A stretch of DNA of 64,000 nt from Lama glama (GCA_028534125.1 CM052817.1:58778001-58842000); one strand, 5' to 3'; positions 38,692 through 51,966 are shown, numbered from the stretch's first letter. The notes: generated from the sequence alone by a model not told the origin. Translations and numbers: made by a program.

Positions 38692-39429
38692 ATTTATTTA
38701 AGTTGTAAATAAAGACTCTAATGAGAAACCAATGTTTGCCTCTGGCTTATAAACTCTATGAATACCATAATCTTTTGTTTGATAACCCTTGTCAAAATTT
38801 GCACAAAGGGGTTTTTTTAACTCTTAAATATTATATTGTTCGGTGGGATAAGATAATCAACCTTAATCACTCCTAGAAAGAAACTAAATGAGATACCAGA
38901 CTGATTTCAATTCTGTTACCCCAAATAAGGCTAATATATCCAAATTATGTGAGTTGTGCCTTCTATTTCTACTTCTATTTAGAACATAATGCAAACTTGT
39001 AGACACTTAAAAATAGTATTGATTAGTAATTCTTTTATCTAAATTACTACACAGTCATGTAAGAAAGCTCATGTTACAAGAGCACATTGTATTTTTATTT
39101 TTCAGTGCAACATTTTACAAAGAAATCTGTCATGTTTAACATATGTTTAAGAGTGATCAAAAATTAAGATGAAATGATACTATCTAGCTGTTAGAGCTTT
39201 ATAAAAATGCCTTTGCAGAAACATGTGCATTCTAAAGATCTTATAGCCTTGATCAAATAGACATATTTTTCAGAACATGTTTGTCTTACATATTTGTATT
39301 TTATATGGTGTTCAGCCTGGGAATTAAAAAAATAGAAAGAATGATAGTTTAAGAAACAGTATTCCTCTAGCTGTCCCTTAACTACTCTTAGGGAACTTAC
39401 AGCTCTTTAAAGTCATCTTCTTATTTCTG

Positions 39430-40360
39430 AGAGTCTTCTGGGAAAATCTCATCTATGCTTAGAAATACATGTAGCATTTTTCATTTTTCTTTCTTTCATT
39501 CATGCTCCGTTTCTTCTCTGGCGTTTTGAGATAATGTTAGGTGCTGAGGCTTCAGAAACCCTGAAAAATCAGGAATTCTTGTTAAAGTGCACATCTATTT
39601 CACTCTGGTTGCTACCATTATTTTTGCTGCCACTGTGACTGGTGCCAGTAGGATGTCCTGTCAGTACTGGCTGAAGCCATTCTGTGGCAAAGCTGAGCCT
39701 CTCTGAAACTTCTCTCCTTTGCGAGAACTAGCACAGCTGTGTGAAGGACAGCAGGGTGTTCTGCAAACATTATTACAGCAGAAACGGTACTCTGAACTTA
39801 AAAAAGAACATTGTTTTCTCTGAACTTTCTGGCATACTGTTGCTGCAGTGGACCCTAAACTGTACTTTACCTCTGGCAACTCATTGTATTAAATAAGTTC
39901 CTTCCGTTTTTAATTTAACTGCGCATGCGTGGGTGTGAGTGTGTTTGATTTTGATTTTTTGCCTGTTTATTTTTAATTCACAGCTGTTGGCTTTCTAGGA
40001 ACACTGTGTAGGCTTACTGAGGATACGACTAAGGGAAGAGATACAAACAATCAGTGTAACAAACAGGACAGATTTCTTTGCGGGGGTGAGGTGGAGTGCA
40101 ATTTAAATGTGCCAAGCTTCTGCTTTGACTTTCAGTGGTCTGCTTGTTACCCTCATGTAAATTGGCCCTGGACACAGTCTGCATCTTAGATTGTTCAAAG
40201 ATTGGGCAGAATATGTTGTATAAGTAAGCATTTCTTAGAGCATTATTTGCTAAACGGGTTGTGCACAAACCTTAAACTTGCGATGCATACATCTAAGGTT
40301 ATAGGTCGTCAGACGTTTTGCCATTGTTCTTTTTTTCTAATTCCCCGTCATTTTCTTTCT
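39430..40360. promoter_or_regulatory. Candidate enhancer or alternative promoter
   Basis: Repeat-free; ~14 CpGs by manual count (above local background); NRF1-like tgcgcatgcgt 39920-39930; TTCN3GAA at 39436-39444 and 39993-40001; several CAGCTG E-boxes. Confidence 0.4.
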
Positions 40361-41158
40361 GTAGCACATGTCCATTGTTCAGGTGTCCTACAATGATTTC
40401 TTCTTACTGAAGAATGGTAAACTAAGCTGAAGTATTTGGCCTCAATGAATTAAAAAAGGAGCTGAAATTGAAAATCACATTTTAAGTCACTTTTTGAAAT
40501 TATGTTTACTGTTTTCTAAGTGTCAGTGAATTTTCAACATTTCATGAAGCGATTTTCTTGCTGTCCTGATAATGTTCATGGTCTGAAGTTCATTATTGCC
40601 CTAAACTCACTTTGGAATATGTGATTAAAAACACTTTAAATCATGACGTTTCCAAATCCATGAGGGCATTTTTTTTTCCTTTCTGATTAAAAAAAATGAA
40701 ATCTTTGGTTTTACATACATGCAATAGTAGGCTTAACCAATTTGATTATTCTTCAATTAAGCATCACTATGTACTGTTTTAGTCCTTATTCTGTAAGTAT
40801 TTTCTGTGTTAATAGCTCAGTGTAAAGTTTTTAAAGAGCTATTAAGCAGATTTAAACACTATTGTTTAAAGGAAGAAACCATGTTTTTGCACCCCATTAG
40901 CTGAAAGGTATTAATAAAAGGTACAGCTTAGGCAATAAGAATGAAAACAGGAGGCATTCACTTTGCCAGGAGTGTCCAAGGTTGGCTTGAAGCCACTGAG
41001 CAAATTATAATTTTGAATTAAATTTAAAATTTTGTAATACTCTGTCAGTTTTTAAAGCAAAATTATTATTGAAAGATGATTTTCTCTTAGTGTTATCTAT
41101 AGAAGTATTTAAACAAATGATAGTAGTAATCACCCATGCAAAGCTGTGCTAAGATTAG

Positions 41159-41342
41159 AGGGGACTGCCAGATGAAACAGAGAATGCCTACAGTAAATTT
41201 GAATTTCAGATGAACAGTAGATAACTTTTTAGAGTGTGTCCCAAATGTGAATGAGACATTTATTCTAAAAAAATGTATTACTTACCTGGAATTCAAATTT
41301 AACTGGATATCCTCTATTTCTACTTGCTAGATCCATAACCTT
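41159..41342 (+). mobile_element. MER53 palindromic hAT MITE
   Basis: tgccagat...cagtaaatttgaatttcaga...gtcccaaat...gagacat...ctggaattcaaatttaactgg...ttgctagatc; inverted arms 41191-41209 / 41286-41305. Confidence 0.88.
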
Positions 41343-41596
41343 GAACTAGGAACCAAGGTAGACAATCACAAAAGTGATGACTAGCGGATCCGGTTACATA
41401 GCTTAGTTAATTCTTAATTCCTATTTTCTTAATAAAGAAAGTTATCTCCAAGATACCATAATAGGTCATGCATATGCAGAAAACATGCATATTGAATTAT
41501 TTTTTATTCTAATTATCAGTGGATCAGTAAAGACAGCATACAAAAGACTCCTTTGAAGCTAACTGATGAAAGTAAAATGGCTTTTCTGGGTGTTTT

Positions 41597-41597
41597 T

Positions 41598-41648
<51 letters not shown>

Positions 41649-41721
41649 GCACACATATATATACACACATACATATATGTGTGTGTGTGTGTGTGTGTAT
41701 GTATATATATATATATATATA
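41597..41721. repeat. Compound (TA)n/(CA)n/(TG)n microsatellite
   Basis: Direct reading. Confidence 0.97.
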
Positions 41722-43409
41722 GTTCGAGGTCCCTTTCCTGCTCACAGCCTCCTTCTTTACCTTGAAGGTGGAATAAACTTATTTAGTAATGTTAATAGCA
41801 TGTGAGAAGGAGAAAATTTTCTGTGGGGAGCAAAGCTGAGATTAAGCCCTGGCAGGAGTGGTTAACATATATGTCAAAACTATGGAAAAACCAAAATTGT
41901 GGCAAAGCAGAAACAAAGGTATCATCAGTGTTGCTTGAATATCTTTTACATTATTCTGCTGAATATATCCTAATATTGTAAATTCTACTCACTCTAGTTA
42001 GAATATGAAGAAGGAAAAAAGAAGGGTAACTAAAGGAAGCTATTTTATGTAACAATTGAGATGCAGGACACTATTGATTTATTAGAAGAAACCCTTTAAT
42101 TGTAATTGTAGTAACTAACAGACATTTGACTTAGATGTTTGTATATCTACAATTTAATAATGATCTTATATCTTTGTATTTAAATAATTATTTGCTATGT
42201 TTACCAGCATGGAGTGCTTTTCTTCTCCATTAATCAGAAATAAAGTATACTGGGTTTATACTTAGGAGTCCTTAAGGTGGTTACAGTATGGAGTTGATAA
42301 GATGGAACTGTAAGTTGTATACACAAGTGTTGCCTTTGAAATAATTGAGTTTAAGGAGGAAACTATTTGTGAGATCAGTACACTTTATTACTGGTGCAAA
42401 AATAATCCAGAGGACATGTCCTAAAACCACTACACCAGGCATGATTTGCTAACAAAAAATAGAGTGTATTTATTATCTGCACACAATGATATGTAATATT
42501 TACCGAGCATGTCAATAAGTAACAGTTTGAACGAAAGGGAGCATGAATGTTAGCAATACAATCTTACTGAGTCACGTAATCCTCCACTTATAAACAAAAG
42601 TAATCTACTTGTTTCTTTAGTGCTTGTTAACAGTTTCCTGATTATTCATGTGTCCAAAGAGAATTAGTGCTTGAAGCCCTAAACCTGGTGAATATAATGA
42701 GCATGGCTCCCCATGGATATGAAAATATTAGATTGTTGGTTTGAGGCAGATGCATCTATAACCAGAGGGAATGCTTTTGCATTCACATCACAATGGAGCA
42801 GAAACATCATTTAGAAGCTTTAATACATATTAATACTATGTTCAAGATAATTATAAGCTCCAGCAAACAAAAAATAAAGATCCAGGAAAAGAATGAAGTT
42901 ACTCAGTACTAGAAGCTCTACTAACGACAGTCATAGTCATATAGTAATTCCATAATTAAGTTTAGTATGTGAACTAGAATAAAATCCTATGTAAATGCAC
43001 TAGAAATACATTCAAAACAAGATCAGGAAAAGGAATACAGAGTGATACCCTTCACAGTGTAAAGCAAACGAAAGGACCATGACTCCACTAGTCATAGTTT
43101 TCCTATTTCTTCATTAAATGGGTTCGTATTGGTGCTCTCATGAAGTAATTATTAGCTTAGAATTTTCTTTGATCTATCTCACTAATTTTAGTATAATAGA
43201 TGTTATAAAGGTTTTTTTACATAAATACATATAAAAGTGCTGAAGATATTTGTTAAAGAAATGATATAACAGAGGCAAAAATATTCTCCAAGAGACTTAT
43301 AAACATTATTTTAAAGTAAGTAAATACTCGATACAGAGATAATTTATCTAGGTACTTTGAGAAACAAGGGAAAGGGCTCTCTATTGAGTACTTACAACAT
43401 GTGCTTGTA

Positions 43410-43545
43410 TGTTCTAAGACCCTTGTAGCAATCATCTGAGTTTTTGCACCCATTTTCGAAACAGGTGTGTAGCCTTAAAAAGAATACATGACTCATCCAA
43501 AGTCGCAGAGCTTATCATGATAAAAGGCAGGCTTAGAACCTCCCA
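43410..43545 (-). mobile_element. MIR fragment
   Basis: cccatttt...tgactcatccaaagtcgcagagct...ggcaggcttagaacc. Confidence 0.45.
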
Positions 43546-43549
43546 ACCT

Positions 43550-43715
43550 ACTACTGAATATTTGTACAACTTATGTAAGATACTTGATCTGTTTGCCTCA
43601 GTTTCCTATTGTATAAAATAAAGATATGACCAGTACAATGGGTTATTGTAATAAGTAAATCAATTAATAAACATAAAGCACTTAGAACTGTAGTAGCACA
43701 TATTAAACTCTATTT
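43550..43715 (+). mobile_element. MIR fragment
   Basis: tgcctcagtttcct...taaaata...gggttattgta...taaagcacttagaac...gcacatattaaactc. Confidence 0.75.
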
Positions 43716-44174
43716 GTATTTAAGTGTGCAGGTCTCTAGCTCCATGTTTGTTTCACTGCAGCATAGGAAAACTGGACATTTAATTTACTTGGCTAACAAT
43801 GTGCAAACATATAGCACTGAGATAGTATTGCTTTATATAAATGCATTCATTGCCTGCTTCAAGACTGACTATATTCCTGCACTTAATATTTCTTGGCTAT
43901 TAACTTCATCAGTTGAAAAATAGTAAATACGCAAATCATAATTTGTGTATTAATTATCATATTGCTGCCTGGTTTTTTAAATGCTAAATATGTTAGTCAG
44001 AGTACTAAGCATCATGCTGGAGAACACACAGAAAATGACAAGTGGGTAATTAAGGTCTATGAATTTTTAAAAAGCCAGAAAGCTACACTATCAATATATG
44101 AAGAGAATCCAAAGAAATAATTTCAAATAATAATCTCAATTCTAATTGAACATTTGGCAGTAATGCAAATACAC

Positions 44175-44326
44175 TGTACCTACTCCATCCAGTACAGGAG
44201 CCACCAGCCCTATACAGATCCTGAGTGCCTGAAACATGGGTATTGCAACTGAGGGCCTGTATTTTGTATCTTGTTGTATTTTAACTGAAGTTGAAATAAC
44301 TACCTGTGGCAGTTGGACAGCACAGC
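44175..44326. mobile_element. MER3-like hAT MITE
   Basis: tccagtacaggagccaccagcc...tgagtgcctgaaacatgg...gcaactgag...ctacctgtggc..ttggacagcacag. Confidence 0.65.
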
Positions 44327-46539
44327 TCTAGACAAACGCAAGAGAGAGTCAATGCTGCTTGTGGGTTGAGCGAGCCGTGGAGGCAGGACTCATGGGGCGG
44401 GTCCCTGCTCATTCATTTCTGTAGGAAGGAAGTGATCTTCTGAGCCTAGGAAGGAAAAGGGGTTAGCAGGGCAGTAAACAAAGACCAAAGTAGGAGGAGT
44501 TTGCAGAGGTCTCAAACTAATAGTCCTTGATCCATACTGGGGGTGAGAAAAAAGTTTCTAAAATTTACATAAAAACCTCTACTTTCAGCTTCTTAAAAAA
44601 AGAAATATATGGAGCAAATTAATTAACCTCTCCAAGGCATATTTTCTTCATCTGTGAAATGTAAAAGCTGGATGAAAAGACATCATTTCATCCTGAAAGT
44701 ACACTTTATGACTACTCATTATTCTGTTAGATGTTTCTGGTTTTATTCTATCTGCCTAGCACAGTTTTTTATAACAATTGTCTAATAACTCCCAGGTCAC
44801 ACCTTCTGTCCTCAGAAAGTTCAGTTGCAGGCTATTGACTAGCCAGCCATCTCATAAATATTTGTCTTTGCTTGTGGGGAAAAGAAGTGTGTTTCTGCTG
44901 AGAAAAGTAAAGGTGCAGATTTCTCTCACTGTGGTTCATTATTGTAATCTTCATTTAGAGACACTATACAAAATAAGTTGGACTATGACACATGACACTG
45001 CCTGGATGAACTGACTTTGTCATAAAATATGTAATTAATTTTTCAAACAACTGTTTACAACCCTAAGCTGTACAAGTATATTAGGTTATCTTGGAATAAA
45101 TTTCCCCTTTGACACGGTGTCGCAGAACACTTTATTTGTCCTACATGGAAGAGCACTTTATCCTTCAACAGTAGTCTATGTACTGGGTCTGCTGCAGTAC
45201 CAGGAAGACATGAGTTTGACAAATATTTAGGTAATAGATGGATTTTATTTTCACGATGTTTATTTCTTCTAGTTACTGATTTATAACAAAGATTTGCAAA
45301 TGCTTATTCAGAAAGAGCTCCCTGGAATTTAGAAATAATGCTTGAGTAACGCATAGTAAATTGAAAACCTCTTATATAAAAAAATGCCTAAGTTTCATGT
45401 TGTTTGGCTTGACTATATTTTTCTGTGAGGTATTTTAAAATCTAGAGATGTCAGTCTTTTTTTGACTTCTCTGTTTAGGATCATTTCAGCCCTCTTTTTT
45501 TTTAAGATTACTTGGTTTACTGAGAAATTAGTTCTTCTTTGAAGTTACATGAATTCTGTAAGGCTTTCAAATACCACAGGTTGTTTATAGCATTATTTTT
45601 AAATAATCACATTTTAAAAAGATACATTTTGGTAATGTATAGTATCCGGTAAATGAATGATTAAAACATACAAATCTATGCTGTAAAAATTTGTTACCAC
45701 AAATTCAATCTTGTGTCACATAGATCTTTTTTTCCTAGTGTTATTTAATCTTGATAAATGTTGTATTCTAAGTAACACATTATTTCTGAACCATAAGTAC
45801 TTCAGCTGTTAAGTCCTTTTGTCACCTCAGTCAGTTCTGACTTCATAGTCCTACATTTATACATTATACTTTGGAACAGTGTTATAAAGCAATTGTCTAG
45901 CAATAGAAAAAAGTGTGCGCCACCTTTGTGTAGCTCCTTATCTTGTTTTTGTGGTATTTCATTAAATCCCTAGTCTTCATTTATATTATTTACATGTTAT
46001 AAACTTGTTCAAAAACTTTGTTTTGGAAATTAATATCTTAATGTGCATTTCAAGTATTGATATCTGTTTAGGAGAGACAATGCTAGAATAATATCTCACC
46101 CTGCTATTGTCTATAATTCTAGAATAAGGAATTCAAGGAAAATTAAGGCATCATTTTTACTCTCAATAACAGTCTAGGGGAGACTAAGAAAACAGAGTGA
46201 CAACTAAGAAGAGGAGAAAAAGAAAACTAAACACACTGTGGTGTTATATAAGACAGCACAAGCCACGCAAAAACACCAGTAGAGTGCAAGGGGAAAAAAA
46301 AAGGAAAGATCCATCTTGCTTTCGAAAGGCAGGATAGGAAGGAAGGCAAGTGGCATTGATGTCAGATTTTGGGTAACAAGTAGGATTTTGATAAGAAAGG
46401 GACAGAGACCAAGAGGGTAGGTTAGAGTTAACTTTTAGTTGTTTTATGTTACAGCTGGATTTGATTGCAGGAACTAGCAAGATACTGAAGATTGTTAATT
46501 TACAGGAACATGGATAATGTTTCTTAACTATTACAAAGA

Positions 46540-46724
46540 GTATAGCTCTCAGACTTCAGGATACTGCAGAGTTACCTGAAGGCATTTAAAAATACAGATT
46601 ACTTGGTCTCACCAAGTATTTCTGATGCAGTAAACTTGATTGGGGCATCAGAATTTACCTTTCTAGTTAGTTCCCCAGATTGTGCTGACACAGGTGGCTT
46701 GGGAGCACCCTTGGGGAACCACTG
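46540..46724. mobile_element. MER5A hAT-Charlie MITE
   Basis: cagagttacctgaagg...aaatacagatt...tttctgatgcagta...agaatttacctttcta...gttccccag...cacccttggggaaccactg. Confidence 0.8.
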
Positions 46725-46959
46725 ATCAAGAGTAAAACTTTTCCCTAAGTGGTTCCCTGCAGCCTCCCAGGTTAAGGAATAAAAAAAAAAAAAACTGAAT
46801 TGTTTTTTATTAGCAGCTAACTTGTAATGCATGTTGAAGCTCTTGGAGAGACAAACAGTCTCTAGAAGAAAATACATGCAAATACACAAAATTAAAACTT
46901 CAGTTCAGTAAACAGTAGTAACTAGAGTAAGATGCTGGAAACTCTAATGCTATTATACC

Positions 46960-47925
46960 TGTATGAGTTAGAGCTCTGGCAGGAAATGGAATTCATGTAG
47001 ATGGTTCAAATAAGAAGTTTTTAATGAAGAGATAGTTTTACTGAGTCCAGATTTGTTCTGGTTGCCACATGACAGGCCAGTAAATCAAGAGAAAAGGTTT
47101 TCGGACAAGGAATAATGACTTTATTCTGAAAGCCAGCAGACCAAAAAGATGGAAGACTAATGCCCTAGAGAACCACTTTACCTAAGTCAGATTTCAGGCT
47201 CCATATATATTAATAAGGGGAAGAAGTGTGGTTGGATGTTGAAAACTTCTTGGTGTCTGAATCCTTTGTTCTTGCAGCTGTCCACATAAGTCAGGTGGTG
47301 ATGCTCCTATAAGCCTCCAACAAGACAAATGTTATTCTCTATTCTGCAACAATGTATCTCTATATTAATGGGAAAGTGTTATATCCTTAATGGTGAGAGC
47401 CTTGAGAATGGGCTATCCAGTATATTTCAGTCTATAGACAACATTCTTTTATAGAAGGTGCAGAACCAGCATGACTAAGCAAGGCAACAAAGCACAAGGT
47501 TAGAACTAAAGAAATGAATTTAATTTGGAGTCAGATTTGATCTTCCCTATTATAATAGCTGTAGAAATATTGACACAGTTGAGGCAGTTGGGAGCCAATG
47601 CCACCCCAGGTGCCCAGGTGGCAAGGGGAGAGTGAAGATAGTTACCAGAGTCCATGAGGAGCTGGAACCATGAATGCAGAGGCTGGTCCCTGGAAAGCTT
47701 TGGAGTTTTCTTAGAAGTATACAGCTACTATCAGAAGTACTGAAGCAGAAAAGGAGTTAGAAATGTCCCAGACCTCTCTCCCTTGGTACTCCAGTCTCCT
47801 GTTGCTACCTCCTTTTGGTTGAAATTAACTTGAAGCCAGTTTGTGAGGTATCCTTGGGGGGAGGCAGCCAGTGTGATCAATATCCAAAACGCAGATAAGT
47901 TCTGAGAAGGCTGGAGATTATAAGT
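46960..47925 (-). mobile_element. Old ERVL LTR (LTR41-like) interrupted by a younger ERV1 LTR
   Basis: tgtatgagttag...ggcaggaaa...tttaatgaag; later ccagtctcctg...cctccttttggttgaa...gaagccag. Confidence 0.55.
47036..47554 (-). mobile_element. ERV1-type solo LTR (cetartiodactyl lineage)
   Basis: ttactgagtccag...gactttattctgaaagccagcagacc...aatcctttgttcttgcagctgtcc...aaatgttattctct...ggagtcagatttg; 4-bp TSD atag (47032-47035, 47555-47558). Confidence 0.8.
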
Positions 47926-48959
47926 GAGGGACCTGGTTCTACTTTTTTCCCTTGTGTTAATGTAAGCCCTGCTCCCAGTTCTATTTTATGCCTTTGTATT
48001 TGGGTGGCAATATGCTGAGCAAGGAGCAGCATAGAGGTGAGATGAACAGTCTACATGCTAACTTACTAGGGACTCACAAGTGTTTTTGGACCTGCTTTAT
48101 CAATTGGATGGGAATTAAAATACTCCTACTACAGCAAAACCTTAAGCAGAAACAGTCATAACTCAGAAATGCTGTTAAAAGCCTATTGTTTGCTCTGCGT
48201 ATAAGGAGATAAATATCCAAGCTGCAGAGGGATGATTTGCTCTTTCTTTGAGTCCCTGAGCCTGTTGTATAAACACCAAGAAGGCTTTAAGAACTTAGTT
48301 GTCCCTCCATCAAAGATGAAACACCTTTTAGAACTGGTTTAAATACCTGCAGGTAGTCTGATGTGATAAATACCAGCACTATTTTCTAATTCTCAGTTGT
48401 AAACAAGAAATTGCCTTTATTGTCTCGATTAGTTTAGGATCCCTTCCTATAGTCTCTCCAGAATTCCTAAAGCAAGAGCAGAGGCAGAATTCATTGCCTG
48501 CTGATAGCAATAAGACAATACTTGACATTCAGGATGATAGAAGGATCCCAATTATCTTCTTAGCCTTAAGTCCTTTGACTTTTCTAAATGCATCCTAAGT
48601 ATAAAGCAAAGTAAGCAAATCATTTTTCACCATAAATGCCACATGTTTAACTCATTCTGCATTTTTGCTCATGTAATTGATTTTGCTGAAACCATCTTTT
48701 CTTATTCTGTGTCTGCTTGTTAAAATATGTAAAGTTTCATCTCAAATACTTATGTTTCCATGAATCCTTCTTTGATTCTTCCAGCAGGAAACTTGAATAC
48801 CCAGAGTGTCATGTGTTACTTTTAAACCACTGTTATCTTCCTTTATATTATAGTTAAAAATAACTAAACATTTTATACCCTCAATTTGAAGCACGTTTTA
48901 CCATTTGCTGCTGTGATTTATGGAGAAATACTTGTATGGGCCTTGAACTGGGAACATCT

Positions 48960-49140
48960 AAATAGTTTAGTTTCTTTAAGTTACTTAATTTAGGGTCAGT
49001 GTATCACTCTAGTTTCATCTGAAAAATGATTACTGTGTAATTTACCTCAAAGTGTGACAGTGAGGTTCAAATGACCCTTAATTGATGATGAAAATAAGCA
49101 AATAGAAGAGTAGACTATAAATGTTAGTTCATTTACTTAT
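48960..49140 (+). mobile_element. MIR fragment
   Basis: aagttacttaa...tcatctgaaaaatga...tacctcaaagtgtg..gtgaggttcaaatga...ataaatgttagtt. Confidence 0.5.
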
Positions 49141-50634
49141 TTTTAGTGTCTTTTACATGGTCGGAAACCAGAAAGTTTGTATTAAGTTGAATGATATTGG
49201 AAGTTCACAGAACACTATACTGGAGTTAAAAATCCTTAAGTATCCTGAGTGAATAAAGAGAAAGTGAGGGGAAAATATCTTGACAGTTTCTTCATGATTA
49301 CAAAGCCAGAGCAAAACATACACATGTGTACATGCATATAAACATGTATGTGAGGCTTGTTTTGAAAAAGATTTTAAAACATTTTAGAAAGGTATATAAG
49401 AAATATCAAGGTGTAGCAACAGAATAGTAAGATGGAAGAGGTGAGGGACTGATGTCAAAAGTAAAATCGGGGTTGGAAAGGGAGATAAAATTCCTATTCG
49501 TTTACTTCACTTGCTGAAATTAAGCCAGAAGATTAGTTCTCAACATTCTAGAACCTGAAACAAAGTTTTATTTTAGCCATAGGACTCCTCAAAATATTAT
49601 GAGAGTCAAACAGAAGGGGGTAAAAAAAAAAAAAGATGAACTGGTCAAGAAAAGCACAACTATTGCTGGAGCGCTGAGTTCAAAGAAAGAATTCATCCTT
49701 TAGTCTCTTTAAGATAATATATCTTAATGTGGTGAACAGTGACATTCTTAGAGTAAATATGCCATGCACAGGGGTATTTCCCTGTATCACAGTGGAGGGC
49801 ACCACGCCAGAGCATAGTTCTCTTATCCTACCCCACAGAGAGTCATTGTCATTGATATACGTGATTTTTCTCAGGGTGACAGTCAAAAGATGCACTTTAA
49901 TATACCCAAGAAAAAGGAACTGTATCTTTCAGAAAAGCCACCATAGGTTTTGTTGCTCTAAACTGAGCTCTTGATTACTACTGTCAAGTGGTTAATGTGA
50001 TGGCAAGTCTCCTTTTTCTGATCTAAGCCTTTTGATTTAACAGTCAGTCAGGCAGGGGCTACAATTGATAGGTTCTGATAGATGCCTAAATTAAAGGCCA
50101 TTAAGTGGGCAAGTTGATCTCAATACAGGTAAAGGAGGAATTCTGTAAATATCTGGGAAAATTAACCTCAAACTGTTTACAGTATTCTCTCTTGTGTGAG
50201 ATTGTGGGAAGGAGGGGACTATTTGGTATTTTATTTACACATTTCTTACTTTTAAAGATTTTTACAGTATGATATATTGCTTTAATATTAAAAAGAATTT
50301 TAGAACCCTACAGCAAATCAAAACTAAAAGTAAAGTAGTAAGTGATTCTGGGTTCTCTGTGCAACCAGCTTAAAGTCTGATTGAGGGCTTCATCTTCTCA
50401 GCCTTAAATCAGTGGTTCCTAAACTGGTGATCACAACTCACAGATAGAATGCCAGAAATAGTTATTTAATGATAAATATATTTTGGAAATGCAACCTTTA
50501 TGTCATCCTCTTGGTGATTCAAAATACACATGACTGCATTAAACCTTTGAAGTCTTGTATTAAAGAATTATTTTGGACTTTGTGTAACTACAGGGGTTGG
50601 AAGTGGACAGGCACCCCTTCTGTGGGGCACCTGA

Positions 50635-50803
50635 AAGTATGTGTGTGTGAAATGGATGTTTGGTTGTCACAGAATTGGAACATGACTGATACTTAGTGAG
50701 CTGGAACCAGGGATGGTACGAATGCTGTAATACATAAGACCATTTCACAAGACAAAGATATCAAAGTGCTTAAAATATCAAAAGTTTCCTCATTGAGAAC
50801 TAT
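50635..50803. mobile_element. MER20-like hAT MITE
   Basis: tttggttgtcaca...ttagtgag...ccagggatg...aaaatatcaaaagt...ttgagaac. Confidence 0.65.
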
Positions 50804-50899
50804 TTTTAACAAACTTACTTGACATGCAGCAGTCTTATTACATAATGTAGAATGGTGAATATGCTGGAATTTATATTTTAGTGTAAAGCCATAGATTCC

Positions 50900-51090
50900 A
50901 TTGTATACTTCCCTTCTTGACCGTCCATTTGGTTGTCTTAAAGACATCTCAAAGTTAATGTGTCTAAAATAGAACAGATTTCTACTTCCCACCAAAATAT
51001 CCACTTCTCCAAATCAGAATATTTGTTACCTTGGTAAATGAAACTGTCAGCCATTCATTTGTTCAAGACAGAAACCACAAGGCTACTTTT
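50900..51090 (+). mobile_element. L2 fragment
   Basis: tccatttggttgtct..aagacatctcaaagttaatgtgtctaaaatagaac...ggtaaatg...cattcatttgttcaagacagaaacc. Confidence 0.6.
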
Positions 51091-51966
51091 TTTTTTTTTT
51101 TAGCATTTTATAGTTTCTTGAGTCCATTCTACCTGCACAGTATATTTTGACTCAGTTTTTAAAACCACGAAAGATAAAAACCTGAAGTGAGGGTATAATA
51201 TCAAATGTAAAACCAGAAATACTAAGATTTTTTTCCTTTAGGGAAGGAGGAAAAATTAGAATAGAAATGAAAAAATAAGTTACAAAAATGGAGCCCTGAA
51301 CTTAGACATAGAGAGTGAACTAAAGGTAGGGATTAAACAGTTGACTGAAATACTAGAATAGCCAGTCAACTGGTGGTGTCTCTGCATTCTCTTTCCAACT
51401 CATTCCCAACCTCTCTCCCTCTCCTCCCCTCTCCCTCTCCCACCTCCCCTCCCTACACACCCACACACACCTCCACATGCACTCCTTTGTTCAGAGCCAG
51501 CCTACTGGCCTCATCTGGGATCTCAGATTTGGGATTGTCTCTGGTGAGCAAGAGTCATCAGAGAAGTCTTTCCCCTACCCTGTTCTGCTAAGAAATTTCA
51601 GATGTAGCTGGAGCAAACTAAACTTTTGGGACTAAAGGAAAAAGCCACCTATCTGTTGTTGCTGTTATTTTATTTATTATTGATTGTGCTGAAATTTTAC
51701 CATCGTTTTAACATCAATTTTTTTCTTAATCAATTACTTTGTTTTATATTCTCACTTGTCTCTCTTCTTTTCTGCTTTCCAATTTCCTTTTTTATTTTTA
51801 ACCTGTTTTAACACTTTTGTGATTCTTTGCTGTATATCCTATGAAATGATAGGAAAGAGGACTCTTGGTGCAAGATTTGTGTGCATATTTTTAAATGCGT
51901 ATATTTGTAAATACTTTAATCTTTATTTAAAAAATTATACTTGATGGAAATAAAAGTTACCATTTT

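Noticed and set aside
41524..41805. YI/CV-repeat ORFs
   Set aside because: Translations of a dinucleotide microsatellite
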